The translations under genes were made by a program, and so were the position numbers. A stretch of DNA of 64,000 nucleotides from Marsupella aquatica. Its lineage: Eukaryota > Plantae > Marchantiophyta. The notes below the pieces were generated by a model. It was not told the origin of the DNA, ran no database searches, and worked only from the letters and a program-made list of their open reading frames with translations. Shown here piece after piece: positions 22,619-35,427 of this stretch (its first letter is position 1; every line of letters begins with the position of its first letter). The DNA is taken from assembly GCA_973895155.1 (NCBI GenBank), contig OZ316896.1, positions 23,406,967-23,470,966 of the forward strand. The letters run 5' to 3'.

Positions 22619-22899
22619 TACCTCTGGGGCAGCGTCCTATACTGGTGGGGTTGCCGGTGCCGGTGCCGGTGCCGTTCGCTTTTCCTTCTCCAGCATCTTC
22701 AGCAGATTCTGCATGCCTGGTTGCTGCATCGACAAGTCTTCTTTTCTTGGCCTAAACACCTGTTCGATCGTAGGACTAGCAGGCTGGTTGGGCTTCTCTG
22801 CTGCCGGCCTCTGTTCCGGAGCTTCCTCTGGTGCCCTTACCTCCAGGGGAAGTACTGGGGCAAAGATCTGACTTCGGGCATACCGGCACAACAACGGCA

Positions 22900-25378
22900 T
22901 GTGACGCCAATGACATGGTCCTTATTTTGTAATCTGATTAAGTAGGTTGCTGTATGCAAGGAGTAGCTATTGATATTGCATAACAATTAGCAAGATGGCA
23001 AGAATAAGGGCAATCATGGCGTTAAGAGTAGGGAAATAAAAGCTATGTCGCAGGTGGTCGATGACCATATCTCTTTCAATATGTCACCAAATCCGGATCT
23101 GTAAAGAGCATTGGAAAGATCTGGTCAAGGCGAGTAAAATCGATATAAAACACTCGAGAAACGGAGGTGTATTAAGAAAGATACCGCCTGATTAGTGTGA
23201 CGGGTTAACTTGTGGCCAGAATTAGCGGATTCGGCTTCAGTTTCGGGTTAACTCAAGCTCGACCACGGCTTAGCTTATGTGAGCACGGCTTCAGCTTAGC
23301 TCAGGTCAGCACGGCTTCAGCTTAGCTCAGGTAAGCACGGCTTCAGCTTAGCTCAGGTCAGCGCGGCTTCAGCTTAACTCAGGTAAGCACGGCTTCAGCT
23401 TAGGCTTAACCCGGGTTCGGACTAGATTGATCCCGAGTTAGACTTAACTTGGGTTAGCCTAAACTCGGGCTCAGGTTAGCATAGGTAAGCTCGGGTTCGG
23501 GCTCAGCTTAGGCTAGGTTAGCGGATAGTGGATAGCGGGTAGCGGCCTAACCCGAGACCACGGGTTAGCTCTACTCGGGTTAGATAGGATAGCTAGGTTA
23601 GCCGAACTCGGGTTAGCTATGTAACTTGGGTTAGCGCAGCAGTGAGTACCCCCTCTCGGTTGCGGGGGCATAACTCTCTGTGTATTTGACCAAATCGGCT
23701 ATAATTGACCTCGTTGGAAAGAGGAGCTCAAGCCGCTTCCAACGCTGCTATCCACGCAGCAAATGGTTGAATAGAGAAATCGGGAGAGGAGGCGCAAGCT
23801 CGCGAAAACCATGGAGGAGGGCCAAATCCGAAGTACATAACCAATTTGAGATAGAAATAAAGCTGTGAGTTAGGGTTCAGTAGTTAGAGATAGTGGCGGC
23901 TCTGTTAGGGCTGGGATGGGGCTCTAGCAGCGTAGCATCCACCCATTTGGGCTCAATGAGAGTATATAGAGCAGCCCCCCGGTAGAGGCAGGGGGGGAAC
24001 TTCAATTGTGTGATCTCACGTAGATTGAGCAGCAGGGAGGAGCTCTGTGCAAGGAAGGCTGGGCTTGGAAGCTGTGTGTTGGGGAGAGCTTGGTTGTGCT
24101 ATTACTCAGGGAGTAATCAGCCACGCTTCACAGCAACAGTTGGCCAGGTTTGCAAGCTGGATTGTGGCTCTTTCTAGTAGGCAACACAACTGGGTTCTTT
24201 TCCCCCGATACAGAGCCTTGGTGAAGGTGATGTGTTGGTGATTGTAAACTGCGGGGAGGATTTCAATGTGATTTGTGGTGAGCACATTAGGGAGGCTGAG
24301 ATACTGATCGAGGGGCAGCAGCAGGAGCATTTACAGTTTAGTCTGGCAAGGCTACGTGATCCATGGGGAGTCCCGGCCTTTGTCTGGTAGAGAGCACTAA
24401 GGGATTTATGGCCAGAGCTGAGCTTGCAGGGCAAGCATGAGGCCGGGCCTCATTGTAGTCTGGGGTAGATTGCCGTTAGGCCTGGTACCAGCTTTGAAGT
24501 CGAGTCAACTGTGCATGCATAACTTGACATTCTGAAATGGAGGTGTGAGATCTGTACGTGCCCCCAAGAATGAAGTGCAATGAAGGAGGTTGAGTTCAGG
24601 ATTGAGTTTGCAAGGCAAGTACGGGATTGGTTCGAGTCCAATTTGCCGTCGCAATCTGGAGTGAGCCGGGCTCAGGTTCAGGATTGAGCTTGCATGGCAA
24701 GCATGGGGCTTGCGGGGCAAGCACGTCGCAATCTGGAGGAGACAGCCTTCGGGCCTATTGTTCGGATCAAGTGTTCTCAATGAACTATTGTGCACATCTT
24801 TGAATCTAACTGAGTTTTCCTCTCAGGCCTCATTTCTCTCATGGATGTGTGTGTGTGTGTGAGGCAATCTGAGTGTATGATGAGACTAGCAGCGCCACTG
24901 AGAGGTGTACCGGGTGCATTGAAGTGGGTTGGGTGAGGGCTGTCACAGCTCTGATTGCTGAGAGTGGAATGGCAGAGTGGTGGGGCAATGGCTTAGAAGT
25001 CCCTAAGCCGGGAATCAGTCTGGAGTCACTGGTTTATGGGTACATTCCGGCGGCGGAATAGAAATATACCTATGACAGGAAGCATACGTATAGACATATG
25101 TGCACCGTAGCGCTAGGCCCTGTGTGTACAGGCCCGATATGAAGACCCCTTCTCACCAGAACTATCATGAGCACAGGATCTGATTCCCAACCTTGGTTCC
25201 TAGGGATTGAGCTTGGGTGATGTGTGACGGAGTCTTGCTATGATAGTCTGGTGTTAAGGGCATAAATTGGTGTTTACCGGCCTTCACAACATCCCTTCGT
25301 GATCCTCAGGTACAAGGAGATGGTTTTGGCACCCATAGTGATGGTTTTGGTGTTAAGACCCATGTCAATCGCGTGACA
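22900..25378 (+). mobile_element. Family C solo LTR, 2479 bp, TSD CGGCA
   Basis: TGTGACGCCAATGACATGG...CCATGTCAATCGCGTGACA with CGGCA at 22895-22899 and 25379-25383. Orientation comes from motifs shared with A and B. Confidence 0.9.
23282..23403 (+). repeat. 26-bp tandem repeat (~4.7 copies) in the family C LTR
   Basis: AGCACGGCTTCAGCTTAGCTCAGGT(C/A) units. Confidence 0.9.
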
Positions 25379-27735
25379 CGGCATGTGATAGCCAAACCGG
25401 GATATGCTTCCCATGCCGATCACCTGTTGTTCCTCCCTTAAGATCTTCTTCAATTGGTTGAGGAGGTACCCGTTGTAGTCCCGGTTTGGGTCTGGCCTCT
25501 CTGCCAGGTAGACCTGTGCCTTGCCGATCTCTGCCCTTGGCAAGTTGCAATGCATGGTCACCCGCAAGAAATCGATCATCTCTCCGATGTGCGGGTTGGT
25601 GCAGGTGTTCCGGAAGAAGCCATTCTTCGTCGATGGCCCCGGAAACAACCGGAACTCCTTGTCATGCAAGGTCTTCCTGGTATCTACTTTGGTCTTATTG
25701 CCCATCGGCAAGCCAAACACTTCGGCAATCACCTGGGGAGTGAGATAGAAATCCTTCCCATACCCTCGTGGCATTGGTCTCGGGCTCCCATGACCCCACG
25801 AATTCTAATAAGTCTGAATCCGGCACCTCCGGCTTCAGCCATGGTAATTTTACGAAGGCTTCCAAACCGGATCCAACCATGAAGCCCTGGTACTTTTTGG
25901 TCTGCATGGCCGTAAGGCATGCATCCTCCTCTCGTGCAAAATGTAGTTGCACTTCCTCTGGTAGGGTCGCCGCCCAACCTTTCCAAGTGTCATCCTTGGT
26001 TGGAATGGCATTGATGGGATCGACCTCCTCCTCTTCGGCTTCTCCCTGCCTCCTGCTCTGCTGCTCTGCTGGCTTCCTTGGTGCCGCCGACCTTGTTCTT
26101 TTTGCCGGGGTGGCCTCTTTGTTGCTATTTCCTTTCCTCTTCATCTCGGCTGCCGTGGATATTTCTCCTAGCACGGTTGCCTTTGTCCACCCCTCCGTGC
26201 TACCCTTCAACTCCCAGTGCACGTCGTTGCAGCGGTTGATGGCTTCCCGAATACCGACGATCCTGTTTTTGCAAAACAGAAGGTTGTTGAGCTGATTGGC
26301 AGTAGGAGTCCACAAGAACTCGGCCTTGATGAGTTCTCCTCCTAAGAAGGCAGATTTTTGCAGCTCCCACAGTCGAGCAAGCTCCTACCGTTCTTGAGCT
26401 GCTCTCTCCGATTCTTTGTCCTCGTAAGTCCCAATGTACTCAATTGCCCGTTCGAACAGGCATCCCCAAAAATATGCCACTTGATTGACGTTGCTCATAC
26501 CCTCCGTGAGTCGATCGTCGGTATCTGCTCCTACCCAGAGTGCTCGCCCAAGCAGCTGACAGTAGTTGGCCTCACGTAGTCGTCTGCCTAGTCCGTGCTT
26601 GCAAATGAGCCATCATTCCTCGCGAGCGGTCCTTACCCCTCTCTCTGCCTGGTCTTCCCTCCCGTTGGTTTACCCCTAGCCGCCGACACTTAGCGTGCCC
26701 TAACCCTAATCGTGTTTTCTCCCCCGGCATCCTTACCTCCGGCCTCGGCCCGGGTTCCATAGTCACCCTTAATTGTTTATATTTTCCTTGTTTTTGTTCC
26801 TATACTAATGTGTTTCTAGGGTACACTCCCATTTTCCCACTTAACTGGCCAAGTGATTCCTGGCTAGGCATCACAGCTACCTTAAAGAAAGAGTTGGAGG
26901 AAGCCCAGAAAGAGTTGGAAGAAGCCCAGAAGGAGCTGAAGGAGGCAAGGAAGGACCTGGACAAAACCCAAGAGGAGTTGGAAGAAACCACAAGGAAGAT
27001 GGAGAACTTACAACGGTGGGCCGACAACCAAACGGAGTGGCTGAAGAAACAGGCCGCAGTATTTAAGTGCTTAGCTTCATTTGTTCCAACTCCAATTGTG
27101 GGAACCCCGTTACCAGGAGTGGTACTGGCCGAAGGACAAGCCCTGATGCCGGAGGTAGGTGGCAAAGGGAAGGAACCAGATGCCGAAATAGGGAAGAAGA
27201 AGAAGCGGAAACCTTCTGGGTCTGGGAGTTATACGGCTTCTCCAGCCGTTGTGACCAAGGAGGTAAACCCGGCACCAACCTCCGGCATGGTCACGGCAGT
27301 GGATCCACCTGTCTTAGAAGGTGGGGATGGCAAGGCCAAGGCCAGGACAACTATTGATGAAGCCGTGGTAGCAAACCCCCCACTAGAGCAAGCCGAGGAA
27401 ACCGTAGCCGGGGAGGCCATGGCCGATGCTGAGGCCGAAGCCGAGGGTGGACCCAGTCAGGCCGATGAAGAGTTGACTCGGTCCGGGGCAGGTAATCTGT
27501 CAGAGGAAGGACCGACGGCAGTGGTTGCGGGGGAAGCGTTGGGGGCGTCCATTGAGGATCCACCACCGGTGTTGTGACGGTGCAAGGGTGCCGATCCTTT
27601 TAGGAAGGGCGGACGTGGAGGTAGGAGGCGTGAGTGGGCAGGGCGGGCTTGGATCTCCAAGTTTAGGCTTAGGATCAGGACCAGGAGATTGCCCTGACAC
27701 TTAGATTAGTGGGATGGCGGACCCACTAGTAGGAG

Positions 27736-30700
27736 TGTGATGCCTAGCCAGGAATCACTAGGCCGGTTTACATGGTAAAAGCAGGAGTGTACCCTGGAAG
27801 CACCTTAGTATAGTAACAAAAAAAGGAATTATAAACAATTAAGGGTTACTATGGAACCCGAGCCGAGGCCGGAAGTAAGGTCGCCGGGGGTGAAAACACG
27901 ATTAGGGTTAGGGCGCGCTAAGCGTTGGCAGCTAGGGGTGACTAACGGAAGGGAAGACCAGAGGAGGAGAGGGGTAAGGACCGCTCGCGAGGAATGGTGG
28001 CTCATTTGCAAGCACAAACTAGGCAGACGACTAAGGGAGGCCAACTACTGTCAGCTGCTTGGGCGAGCACTCTGGGTAGGAGCAGATACCGACGATCGAC
28101 TCACGGAGGGTATGAGCAACGTCAATCAAGTGGCACATTTTTGGGGATGCCTGTTCGAACGGGCAACTGAGTACGTCAGGACTTACGAGGACGAAGAATC
28201 AGAGAGAGCAGCTCGAGAATGGCGAGAGCTCGCTCGACTGTGGGAGCTGCAGAAATTTGCCTTCTTAGGAGGTGATCTCATCAAAGCCAAATTCTTGTGG
28301 ACTCCTACTGCCAATCAGCTCGACGACCTTTTGTTTTGCGAAGACAGAGTCGTCGGCATTCGGGAAGCCATCAACCGCTGCAACGACCTACACTGGGAGT
28401 TGAAGGGTAGCATGGAGGGGTGGACGAAGGCAACCTTGCTAGGAGAAACATCCACGGCAGCCGAGATGAAGAGGAAAGGAAACAACAACAAAGAGGCCAC
28501 CCCGGCAAAAAGAACGAGGTCGGCGGCACCAAGGAAGCCAGCAGAGCAGTAGAGCAGGAGGCAGGGAGAAGCCGAAGAGGAGGAGGTCGATCCCATCAAT
28601 GCCATTCCAACCAAGGATGACACTTGGAAAGGCTGGGCGGCGACCCTACTAGAGGAAGTGCAATTACACTTTGCACGGGAGGAGGATGCATGCTTTACGG
28701 CCATGCAGACCAAGAAGTACCAAGGCTTCATGGCCGGATCCGGCTTGGAAGCCTTCGTAAAATTACCATGGCTGAAGCCGGAGGTGCCGGATTCATACTT
28801 ATTAGAATTCGTGGGATAATGGGAGCCCGAGACCAATTCCACAAGGGTCTATGGGAAAGATTTCTATCTTACTCCTCGGGTGATTGCCAAAACGTTTGGC
28901 TTGCCAATGGGCAATAAGACCAAAGTAGATACCAGGAAGACCTTGCCGGACAAGGAGTTTTGGTCGTTCCCAGGGCCATCAACGAAGAATGGCTTCTTCC
29001 GGAACACCTGCACCAACCCGCACATCGGAGTGATGATCGATTTCTTGTGGGTGACCATGCATTGCAACTTGCCGAGGCCAGAGATTGGCAAGGCACAGGT
29101 CTACCTGGCAGAGAGGCCAGACCCAAGCCGGGATTATAACGGGTACCTCCTCAACCAACTAAAGAAGATCTTGAAGGAGGAACAGCAGGTGATCGGCATG
29201 GGAAGCGTGTCCCGGCTTGGCTATCACATGCCGTTGTTGTGCCGGTATGCCAGAGGTCAGATCTTTGCTCCAGTGCTTCCCCTGCAGGTAAGGGCACCAG
29301 AGGAAGTTCCGGAGCAGAGGCCGGCACCAGAGAGGCCCAACCGGCCCAACCAGCCCGACATTCCAACAATCGAGCAGGTGTTTAGGCCAAGGAAAGAAGA
29401 CTTGCCGATGCAGCAACCAGGCATGCAGAATCTGCTGAAATTGCTGGAGAAGGAGAAGAAAATGGCATCGGCAACGGCACCGACACCGGTACCGGCAACG
29501 GCACCAATATCGGACACTGCCCCAGAGGCCGGCCTAAACCGACTCAGGAGGGAAAACCCCTTTACCGAAACCAAGGAGAGAATTAGGTCGGAACACAAGC
29601 CGGGAGTTTGACTATATGTGGGAGCCTCAAGCCCCGAATCAGAGGCAGAGCAGCCAAAGGCTCCTCCCAGCGAAGAGCAGAGCGATAAGCCGGGAATCCA
29701 AGCTGTGGAGGAGGCGGTGGAGGACTACAGCAATGATAACTCCGGCTATGGGTCGGATCATCATGTTCCAGGAGTAAGGACCTGTGGCCGGTTTATCCCC
29801 ACGCTTCCAAGAGTAGTTTGAGGGGACCCCAACCAGCAGAGTAGCCCCGAGTCTCCCCCAACCAGATGTTGCTCCCCCGAGCTTTGACGACATAAAGCAG
29901 ACGGCACAAGAGTTTCAGGAGCAACTTAGGGAGGAAGAGAAGGCAGCCCTGGCTAGGGAGAAAGATTTACCAGGAGGATATTGCCCGGAGGACATCAGGC
30001 GGCTTGCCGAAAAAAGAAGCGACCCTCGTGCCACTATAGAAGAAATCCGCAAGGCAGCTTGGGAGTAGAGGCCGCGGTGGTTGATGCCGATGACTTCTAT
30101 TTACTCCACCTATGCTAAAGATAGAGCCATGGAGTACGGGGAGATGTGTGGGGAACTTGCGCTCAGCATCTTTGGGGAGGAGTTGGAGCAGGGACCCTTT
30201 TTCCAAAGGGAGATGTTGGAGAAGCACCGATTAGAAGAAGCGGTGGCTTTGGAGAGAAGCAAGAAGGACGAGGTCATCCGACGGCTTAGGGAGATGGAAG
30301 CCGAGGTGGAAGACCTGCAGGCGGCCAAGAAAGCCCAAGACAAGCTACGGAATAAGCGGCATGAGCTAAACATCATGCAGGGGCAGTTGGATACCGCGTA
30401 GTCTGATAATCAGATTATCAAGGATAAACTGACTCGGACCCAAGGAGAGTTGGCCGGTGCAGTCAAGGAAAGAGAGAAGTGGAAGCGAGAGCTGAGGGGC
30501 GCGGAGGAGGCCCACTTAGTAGCCAACAATCGGGCCATGACGGAGACTCAGAGAAGGGAGAGGGCATTGAAGGGGGAACTCGAGGATATCCGCGGAGCCC
30601 TTGAGCAAAAGGAGGCCGAGTTAGGGAAATCCTATCAAGGGATTATTGCGCTGCAGCAAGAGCTTGCATCCCTGATGGCCAGCTTCAAAGCCGACCTCCG

Positions 30701-32386
30701 TGAGAAAGACGACCAGCTCGACCAAACTTATGCCAAGATGAATAAGATGGAGTCTGAAGTCGTGAAGGAGCTCAACAAGGAGCTAAGAGCAACCCAGGAG
30801 GAGAGGGCTACCTTAAAGATGGATTGGAGGAAGCCCAGAAGGAACTGGAGGAGGCGCGCAAGGACCTGGACGAGACCCAGGAGGAGTTGGAGGAAATCAC
30901 GAGGAAGATGGAGAACCTACAGCGGCGGGCCGACAACTAAACGGAGCGGGTGAAGAAACAAGCCGCAATATTTAAGTGCTTGGCTTCATCAGGTCCAATT
31001 CCAATTGGGGCAACCCAGTTACCAGGGGTAGTATTGGCCGAAGGACAAGCCGAGACACTCACCCCGGTGCCGGAGGTAAGTGGCAAGGGGAAGGAACCGG
31101 CTGTCAAAATAGGGAAGAAGAAGAAGCGGAAACCTTCTGGGTCTGAGAGTGTTACGGCTTCTCAAGCCGTTGTGACCGAGGAGGTAAACCCGACACCAAC
31201 CTCCGGCATCGACACGGCGGTGGATCCACCAGTCCTAGGAAGTGGGGATGGCAAGGCCGAGGCCGGGACAACCAGTAATGAAGCCGAGGTACCGGATCCT
31301 CCACTAGAACATGCCGGGGAGGCCGTGGCCGATGCTGAGGCCAAAACCGATGGTGGACCCAGTCAGGCCGATGAAGAGTTGACTCGGTCCGGGGCAGGTA
31401 ATCTGTCAAGGGACGGACCGACGGCAGTGGCTGCGAGGGAGGCGTTGGGGGCGTCCATTGAGGATCCGCCACCGGTGTCGTGATGGTGCAAGGGTGCCGT
31501 CCCTTTTAAGGAGGGCGGACGTGGAGGTAGGAGGCATGAGTGGGCAGGGCGGGCGCTGATCTCCAAGTTTAGACTTAAGATCAGGACCAGGAGACGGCCC
31601 TGACACTTAGTTTAGTGGGATTGCGGATCCACGGGTAAGGGCGACACTTGTGCTCCTGCCTCGCTGTACATAGGTAGATTACAGGTAGGATAGATTAAGC
31701 TTATGCTGCGAGGAATTGGGCAGATCCACTGCCAGGATAAATACCTGGGCAGCGGGGAGTCCAGGGCCTCTTCTTTAGCAAGTTTTTAGTTGCACCAGCA
31801 GGGCTGGGATCAAGTAGTAAGAGAAGCTCTTGGTTAGTTATACAGTGACCCTTGTGTATATTCATGTTTCCTCATGCCTAAGAGCTGAATAGAGTTGGCC
31901 TCACGGCTTAGTTCGCAGAGCTTGTGTATGAGATGTACTGTTTTTTGGCAAGTGCATGGTATAACTCAGTCAGAAGGAGTCATTTTGCTATTTGTGTGTC
32001 GCATTAACTTGTGTGAAGAGTGCCCACATCGACTAATATAGAGAAGGAAAGTAAGCAAGGGAGTGAGGTTGGATGTGTCGAGCTGAGAGAGGTCTTAGCG
32101 GCTTAACCAAGCCAAATTGGGGATCATTCCGGCGGCGGAATCCAAATATACCTAACCAACAGGAGGGAAAGACAAGGGAAGGCCTAGATTAGGCTGGCTA
32201 CGTATCTCATGACCCGATGAAGGATCTGTCCAGTATATGTGTGTAAAATGTTAATAATAGTAGTAGGAGGTTAGCAGCGTCCCATGCCGCTAAGCCGCGG
32301 AAACGGCCTCACCGAGTATGAAACCTGCGGGAATCGGCTTGTGCGGGGGGGTTTCTTGGGTTTGGGGAGCCATGGAACGCACCACA
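27736..32386 (+). mobile_element. A2-type solo LTR, 4651 bp, TSD AGGAG
   Basis: TGTGATG...GCACCACA flanked by AGGAG at 27731-27735 and 32387-32391. Confidence 0.95.
28112..31483 (+). pseudogene. Decayed LTR-encoded protein gene
   Basis: Colinear with 7891..11265 but split by several stops and frameshifts. Confidence 0.88.
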
Positions 32387-35191
32387 AGGAGCAACACTTG
32401 CGCTCCTGCCTCGCTGTAATTAGGTAGATTACAGTTAGGTAGATTACAGGTAGGATAGATTAACCTTATGCTGCAAAGAATTGGCGGATCCACTTCCAGG
32501 ATAAGTACCTGGGCAGCGGGGAGTCCAGGGCCTCTTCTTTAGCAAGTTTTTAGTTGCACCAGTAGGGCTGGGATCAAGTAGTAAGAGAAGCTCTCGGTTA
32601 GTTATACAGTGACCCTTGTGTATATTCATGTTTCCTCATGCCTAAGAGCTGAATAGAGTTGGCCTCACGGCTTAGTTCGTAGAACTTGTGTATGAGATGT
32701 ACTGTTTGTATGGCAAGTGCATGGTATAACTCAGTCAGAAGGAGTCATTTTGCTATTTGTGTGTCGCATTAACTTGTGTGAAGAGTGCCCACATCAACTA
32801 ATAGATGAAGGGAAGTAAGCAAGGGAGTGAGAGTTGGATGTGTCGAGCTGAGAGAGGTCTTAGCGGCTTAACCAAGCCAATTGGGGATCATTCCGGCGGC
32901 AGAATCCAAATATACCTAAAGAACAGGAGGGGATACAAGGGAAGGCCTAGATTAGGCCGGCTACGTATCTCATGACCCAATGAAGGATCTGTCCAGTATA
33001 TGTGTGTAAAATGTTAATAGTAGTAGTAGAAGGAAGTTAGCAGCGTCCCATGCCGCTAAGCCGCGGAAACGGCCTCGCCAAGGACAAAAACTGCGGGAAT
33101 CGGCTTGCGCAGGGGGGTTTCTTGGGTTTGGGGAGCCATGGGACGCACCACACACTGCATGGCACACTATCACCAATCCTTCCTTGCTGCACATCAGCAG
33201 GTCTATTACCCAAGCTAAAAGCATGAGTTGAAATTTGAGGACCACTTTTAGCAGTACACTGGACATTCAAGGATGACAACCGAGCTGGCTCGGCATTTAA
33301 AGACGGCAACCTGGCAGACTCTGCATTCCAGGAAGGCAATCTAGTAAGCTCTGCATTCATGGACAACAACTTGGACGACGAAGATGAGGAAGATGGGTGC
33401 CGCCCTTTCTTTTGCATAGCGGTAGCCACCATTGCGGCTGTCTGTTTATCCTTTGAAACAACCAGGACTCGAACTGCTAATCTAAAGGAGAGAGTGCCTG
33501 CCCCCAAGCAGATTGGAACGCATCTTACCAAGGGTCTGGCCTGGCCTGGCCTGTGTTGTTTGCAGTACGCACTTCCCGACATCTCTCACCTTCAGTTCCT
33601 CTACTTGAAGTTTTCTTCTTGGTCTCGGAGTGCATTGCTTGCTTTTTCATTTCTCCTCCATTGCCCTCTTCTCATGTTTTTCTTCCTCCAAAGCCTGAAG
33701 CCTCTACGCCTTATCTTCCTGAAGCATTGGATTCCATAGCTTCAGCTGCGACACTTCTCACAAAAACAACCAAGTCATTCAAACAATTGTCACTTGTCGA
33801 ATAGAAATGTCACAATTGGTTAACGATGACATAGACAATCACTTTCCTCAGAGCAGATTTTGAACAGTAACCGAATCCCTCCGGCAAGCAGCACAGATTT
33901 TGCATCTTGCACTCGTCAATCACTCCAATTCCTCAGAACCCCACTCCTCCAACACTGCTCAAGTACGACACTTTTCTCATCAAAGGGGTACCAAAGGAGG
34001 ATAGGCGGGAGAGTGGCGCTAGCTCGAACAACCAGTACTGCACAGCAACAGCAAGCAATCGCACGAGCTTCAAATATACACGGACTTTGTACAGCTGCAA
34101 AATGGAAACAGGACACCCATCGTGGATGGTCCTCTGGTTTTCAAGGCAAAAAATGGGACACCGACAGACACATTTAGGGGAATTGCTTTGAATCGCCTGA
34201 GAATGATTCCCGCAAAACATGAAGTGCGTACCAGTCAGTCAGTCCGCCCATCCGCCTGTCCGTCCCTCCCTCCGATCGAGAGAAACGCCAAGGATCCACT
34301 TGACTCTACTTCGCCGCAATACAAACTCATGCTCGTGACTTGTCACATCCGATTCCTGCCTTTCTGAAATTCCATTTCTCTTTCTAGAGAGAGAGGGAGA
34401 GAGAGCTATAGAATGATACAAAGCAACGAGAAATGCCGATGATCCACTAAACTCTCTCGCCGCAATACAGCCTTGTGCTCGTGACTTGTCACATCCAAAA
34501 TACGCGTAGATTTATCATCAAAGGGGTACCAAAGGAGGATAGACGGGAGAGTGAGCACGGTCAATTACCATAGAATTGACGGTAATGTTAAATTTTTCAC
34601 CCTCCGTAAAAAACAAAAACAAAAATTGCTCTAACCAAGTTAGGCCAAAAATCTGGTTGGAACGCGTCGGGAATAGTTAATATTTGTAAAAATAACTTTC
34701 TATAAAATTTCATAATAGTTAACTCCCACTAAGCTAACTATCACTAACTTTTGGTGGGACCTACCCTATCTACACGAAAAGTTGACACCCCCAATGAGTC
34801 ACGTTGAGGTTTACTTACACCTGTCAGGTCCCTCAGTTGAGTGCAGCCATTTCGTATTGCTTCAAGGGGAGGCTAAGTGACCACTGTCTACCTTGCATGG
34901 GAGCTCCGACCTTTGCAACTACTGACTTTATCCCTACAGTCCGATCTTCCAGATGATGTAAATTGCAGTTAGGATCGTGAATGGTCATGGATTTGTGTTT
35001 GCAAATGGTCCCAATTTTTCACATTTATATGAATTTGCATTCTAGGTACGATTTTGGCAAATTTGCCTCAAATAAAATGGTTGGCTGGAAGTGTTCTCTG
35101 AGTGAAATACATGTCCGGTGGATATTGAGTCTAAGGGCGACTTTACAAGACATCAAGCTGCCAGTGTTTAGATTGCCTGAAGCCATGGTGA

Positions 35192-35427
35192 AGCGGTCCA
35201 GCTTAGAGCAATCACCAATCCCCAAGTTCATGTCCCTCAATCAGGTTGGGAGCGGTCCAGCTTAGAGCAATCACCAATCCCCAAGTTCATGTCCCTCAAT
35301 CAGGTTGGGAGCGGTCCAGCTTAGAGCAATCACCAATCCCCAAGTTCATGTCCCTCAATCAGGTTGGGAGCGGTCCAGCTTAGAGAAATCACCAATCCCC
35401 AAGTTCATGTCCCTCAATCAGGTTGGG
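35192..35427 (+). repeat. 59-bp tandem repeat, four copies
   Basis: AGCGGTCCAGCTTAGAGCAATCACCAATCCCCAAGTTCATGTCCCTCAATCAGGTTGGG at 35192, 35251, 35310 and 35369. Confidence 0.95.

Larger units (their letters stand above)
6657..26875 (-). mobile_element. Subfamily A2 Ty3/Gypsy element, degenerate, with three nested insertions
   Basis: 5' LTR 26875-20147, PBS, gag-pro-pol remnants, PPT, 3' LTR from 13920 (distal end deleted). Right flank GCTAC lies in another LTR ORF. Confidence 0.9.
20147..26875 (-). repeat. 5' LTR of the A2 element, with a MITE-like insert, a family C solo LTR and an internal deletion near 20853; decayed LTR ORF
   Basis: TGTGATG at 26875, CACCACA at 20147; ORF fragments 25695..26315, 25274..25774, 22637..22900 and 20843..21676. 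Confidence 0.88.
26876..33152 (+). repeat. Distal part of an A2-type LTR (ORF C-terminus 26876-27577 and U5), interrupted by solo LTR 27736-32386
   Basis: Ends GCACCACA at 33152 with no PBS after it, so it is a 3' or solo LTR. Confidence 0.85.

Noticed and set aside
33153-34560. ORFs 33037..33582 and neighbours, plus short local duplications
   Set aside because: No recognisable domain; the ORF ends in LTR sequence and is a junction artefact.
35192-35427. Regular repeats as a CRISPR array (also 23282-23403)
   Set aside because: Head-to-tail units with no unique spacers, no cas genes, eukaryotic context.
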